Below are positions 62,838 to 64,000 of a stretch of DNA of 64,000 nt, one piece after another. Origin of the DNA: Chamaesiphon sp. Lineage in GTDB: Bacteria; Cyanobacteriota; Cyanobacteriia; Cyanobacteriales; Chamaesiphonaceae. The position numbers and the translations under genes are program-made. The stretch spans positions 96,001 through 160,000 of the forward strand of contig CBDFFH010000038.1 of NCBI GenBank assembly GCA_965246715.1, written 5' to 3'. Positions within the stretch are counted from its first letter, which is position 1. Each line of letters opens with the position of its first letter. The notes under the pieces were generated by a model, which saw only the letters and a program-made list of their open reading frames with translations, had not been told where the DNA came from and made no database searches.

Positions 62838-64000
62838 TTATTTTTGCAATGTTTGCGGCGGTTTAGTGCAATAGAAGTCAACCGGATTACGAGTAAAATC
62901 GACGCATTCTAATAATTGATTGGTACGATCGTTAATCCGCCGAAATTGGGAATAATTTATCCCCGAACTGCCAGTGTAATTAGCCTTGATTTGAATATCA
63001 TCTGGTGCTCTGGCAATCGCTTCTTTGATATAGTCCCGATCTGCCGCACTGGCGATCGTCGGCGATAAGAAAACTCCACCCACAGGAATGACCCGATTGG
63101 GTGAAAGCGCTCGGATTCCTCGAGTTCGAGCGACGATTTTACAAAAATCCACGCCAATATTTGCTTCGCCAGATCTTACTTTTTCTTGAATTTTTGACAA
63201 GGTATTACCAATACTGACTCGAATTCTTTTGCCGTAAAGATCGTAGAGTGGCATCGTAAATATCGGTGAATCATCACTAGGTAGCGCGATCGTTTGCTCC
63301 GGAGTAAAATCTTTACTACTTCTAATTTCGCTATTGTTTCTGACAAAGAAGCAGACATCTCGATAGGGGTCTTCTCCAGCAGCCATCCGCGCGATAAACT
63401 CGTATTTATTATCCTCGGCAATTATTGAATTATTAGCTAAAAACGTAAATGCTAGATCCCATTTCTTCTGCGCGATCTTATCTTGAGCTTCACGGGTTGT
63501 TATCGCTGAGTCGAGTTCGACTTTAATATTATCTCCATATTTCTTACGTAACTCTTTTTCTAGATATTCTTTAAACTTGGGATAATCTCGCTTTTGAGCG
63601 CGATTGCGCGATGACGCACGATTGATATATCCGACAGTTAAGGAGCCATTCTGGGGAAACGATCTCAGTTGCGAAGTGATGAGAGTGGGAGCGCTCGATT
63701 TATTCTGCAATTTATCCCAGCTTACATAGCTCAACAGTCCGACAATTCCAAATAGTAACAAGCCAATAATTATCCGATAAGGATCGGGATTTATTTTGTC
63801 AATTTTAATGACACTTAGCGCAGAGTTTGATTTTTTTTTCTGTCTTATATAGCTAGCATCTGTGAGGGGATCGAAAGTAAAATCTAGAGGTTGTTTTTCT
63901 TGGCCTAATAGCCGATCGATCGCGCTAGTCAATTCTTCACTACAATCTGCATAACTTTCCCACTTCCATTTTTTGGTACTCGGATCGTAGAGATGCTCAT
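62838..64000 (-). CDS. Membrane protein with a C-terminal PhnD-like substrate-binding domain; probably the 3' part of a Ser/Thr kinase (5' end outside the window)
   Basis: The frame is open to the window edge: HLYDPSTKKWKWESYADCSEELTSAIDRLL (like a kinase C-lobe end), then a TM helix and a periplasmic-binding-protein-like domain (MPLYDLYG). Confidence 0.65.
   Translation of the reverse strand, partial: EHLYDPSTKKWKWESYADCSEELTSAIDRLLGQEKQPLDFTFDPLTDASYIRQKKKSNSALSVIKIDKINPDPYRIIIGLLLFGIVGLLSYVSWDKLQNKSSAPTLITSQLRSFPQNGSLTVGYINRASSRNRAQKRDYPKFKEYLEKELRKKYGDNIKVELDSAITTREAQDKIAQKKWDLAFTFLANNSIIAEDNKYEFIARMAAGEDPYRDVCFFVRNNSEIRSSKDFTPEQTIALPSDDSPIFTMPLYDLYGKRIRVSIGNTLSKIQEKVRSGEANIGVDFCKIVARTRGIRALSPNRVIPVGGVFLSPTIASAADRDYIKEAIARAPDDIQIKANYTGSSGINYSQFRRINDRTNQLLECVDFTRNPVDFYCTKPPQTLQK

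Overview
A 64 kb chromosomal window from a cyanobacterium. Evidence: very dense CGATCG/GCGATCGC (HIP1) motifs, a cyanobacterial rRNA operon with tRNA-Ile and tRNA-Ala, and a group 2 sigma factor. The gene style suggests Chamaesiphon or a relative, but that is an inference. Core content: the 3' end of an MlaD/MCE gene, a full rrn operon on the minus strand, treZ-treY-trehalase, speA, sigD, larE, a CDF transporter, a ferredoxin, a 7-gene glycosyl/methyltransferase surface-polysaccharide cluster, mgtA, cobS, purD and hisS. There are two intact IS elements with readable inverted repeats and target duplications: an ISL3 at 414-1828, and an ISAs1 at 39904-41391 that splits a Ser/Thr kinase-FGE gene. 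The most interesting part is an accessory island at about 45.2-51.9 kb. It has a DUF3616 gene divergent from a trypsin-protease/Endonuclease I fusion with no signal peptide, followed by a truncated DUF2278/YukJ-like gene; this is a candidate protease-gated nuclease defence module. Next to it is a toxin-antitoxin array littered with orphan ISAs1, IS21 and Tn3 ends, and an internally deleted gpmA. Other notable items: an NsiR1-like small RNA with a DIF1-like promoter element, twin small secreted proteins with an identical 20-aa C-terminal tail behind a beta-barrel gene, three 22-24 nt mini-elements inserted into HIP1 cores, REP palindromes with a RAYT remnant, and several pseudogenes. All family assignments come from motif recognition by eye; no database search was run.
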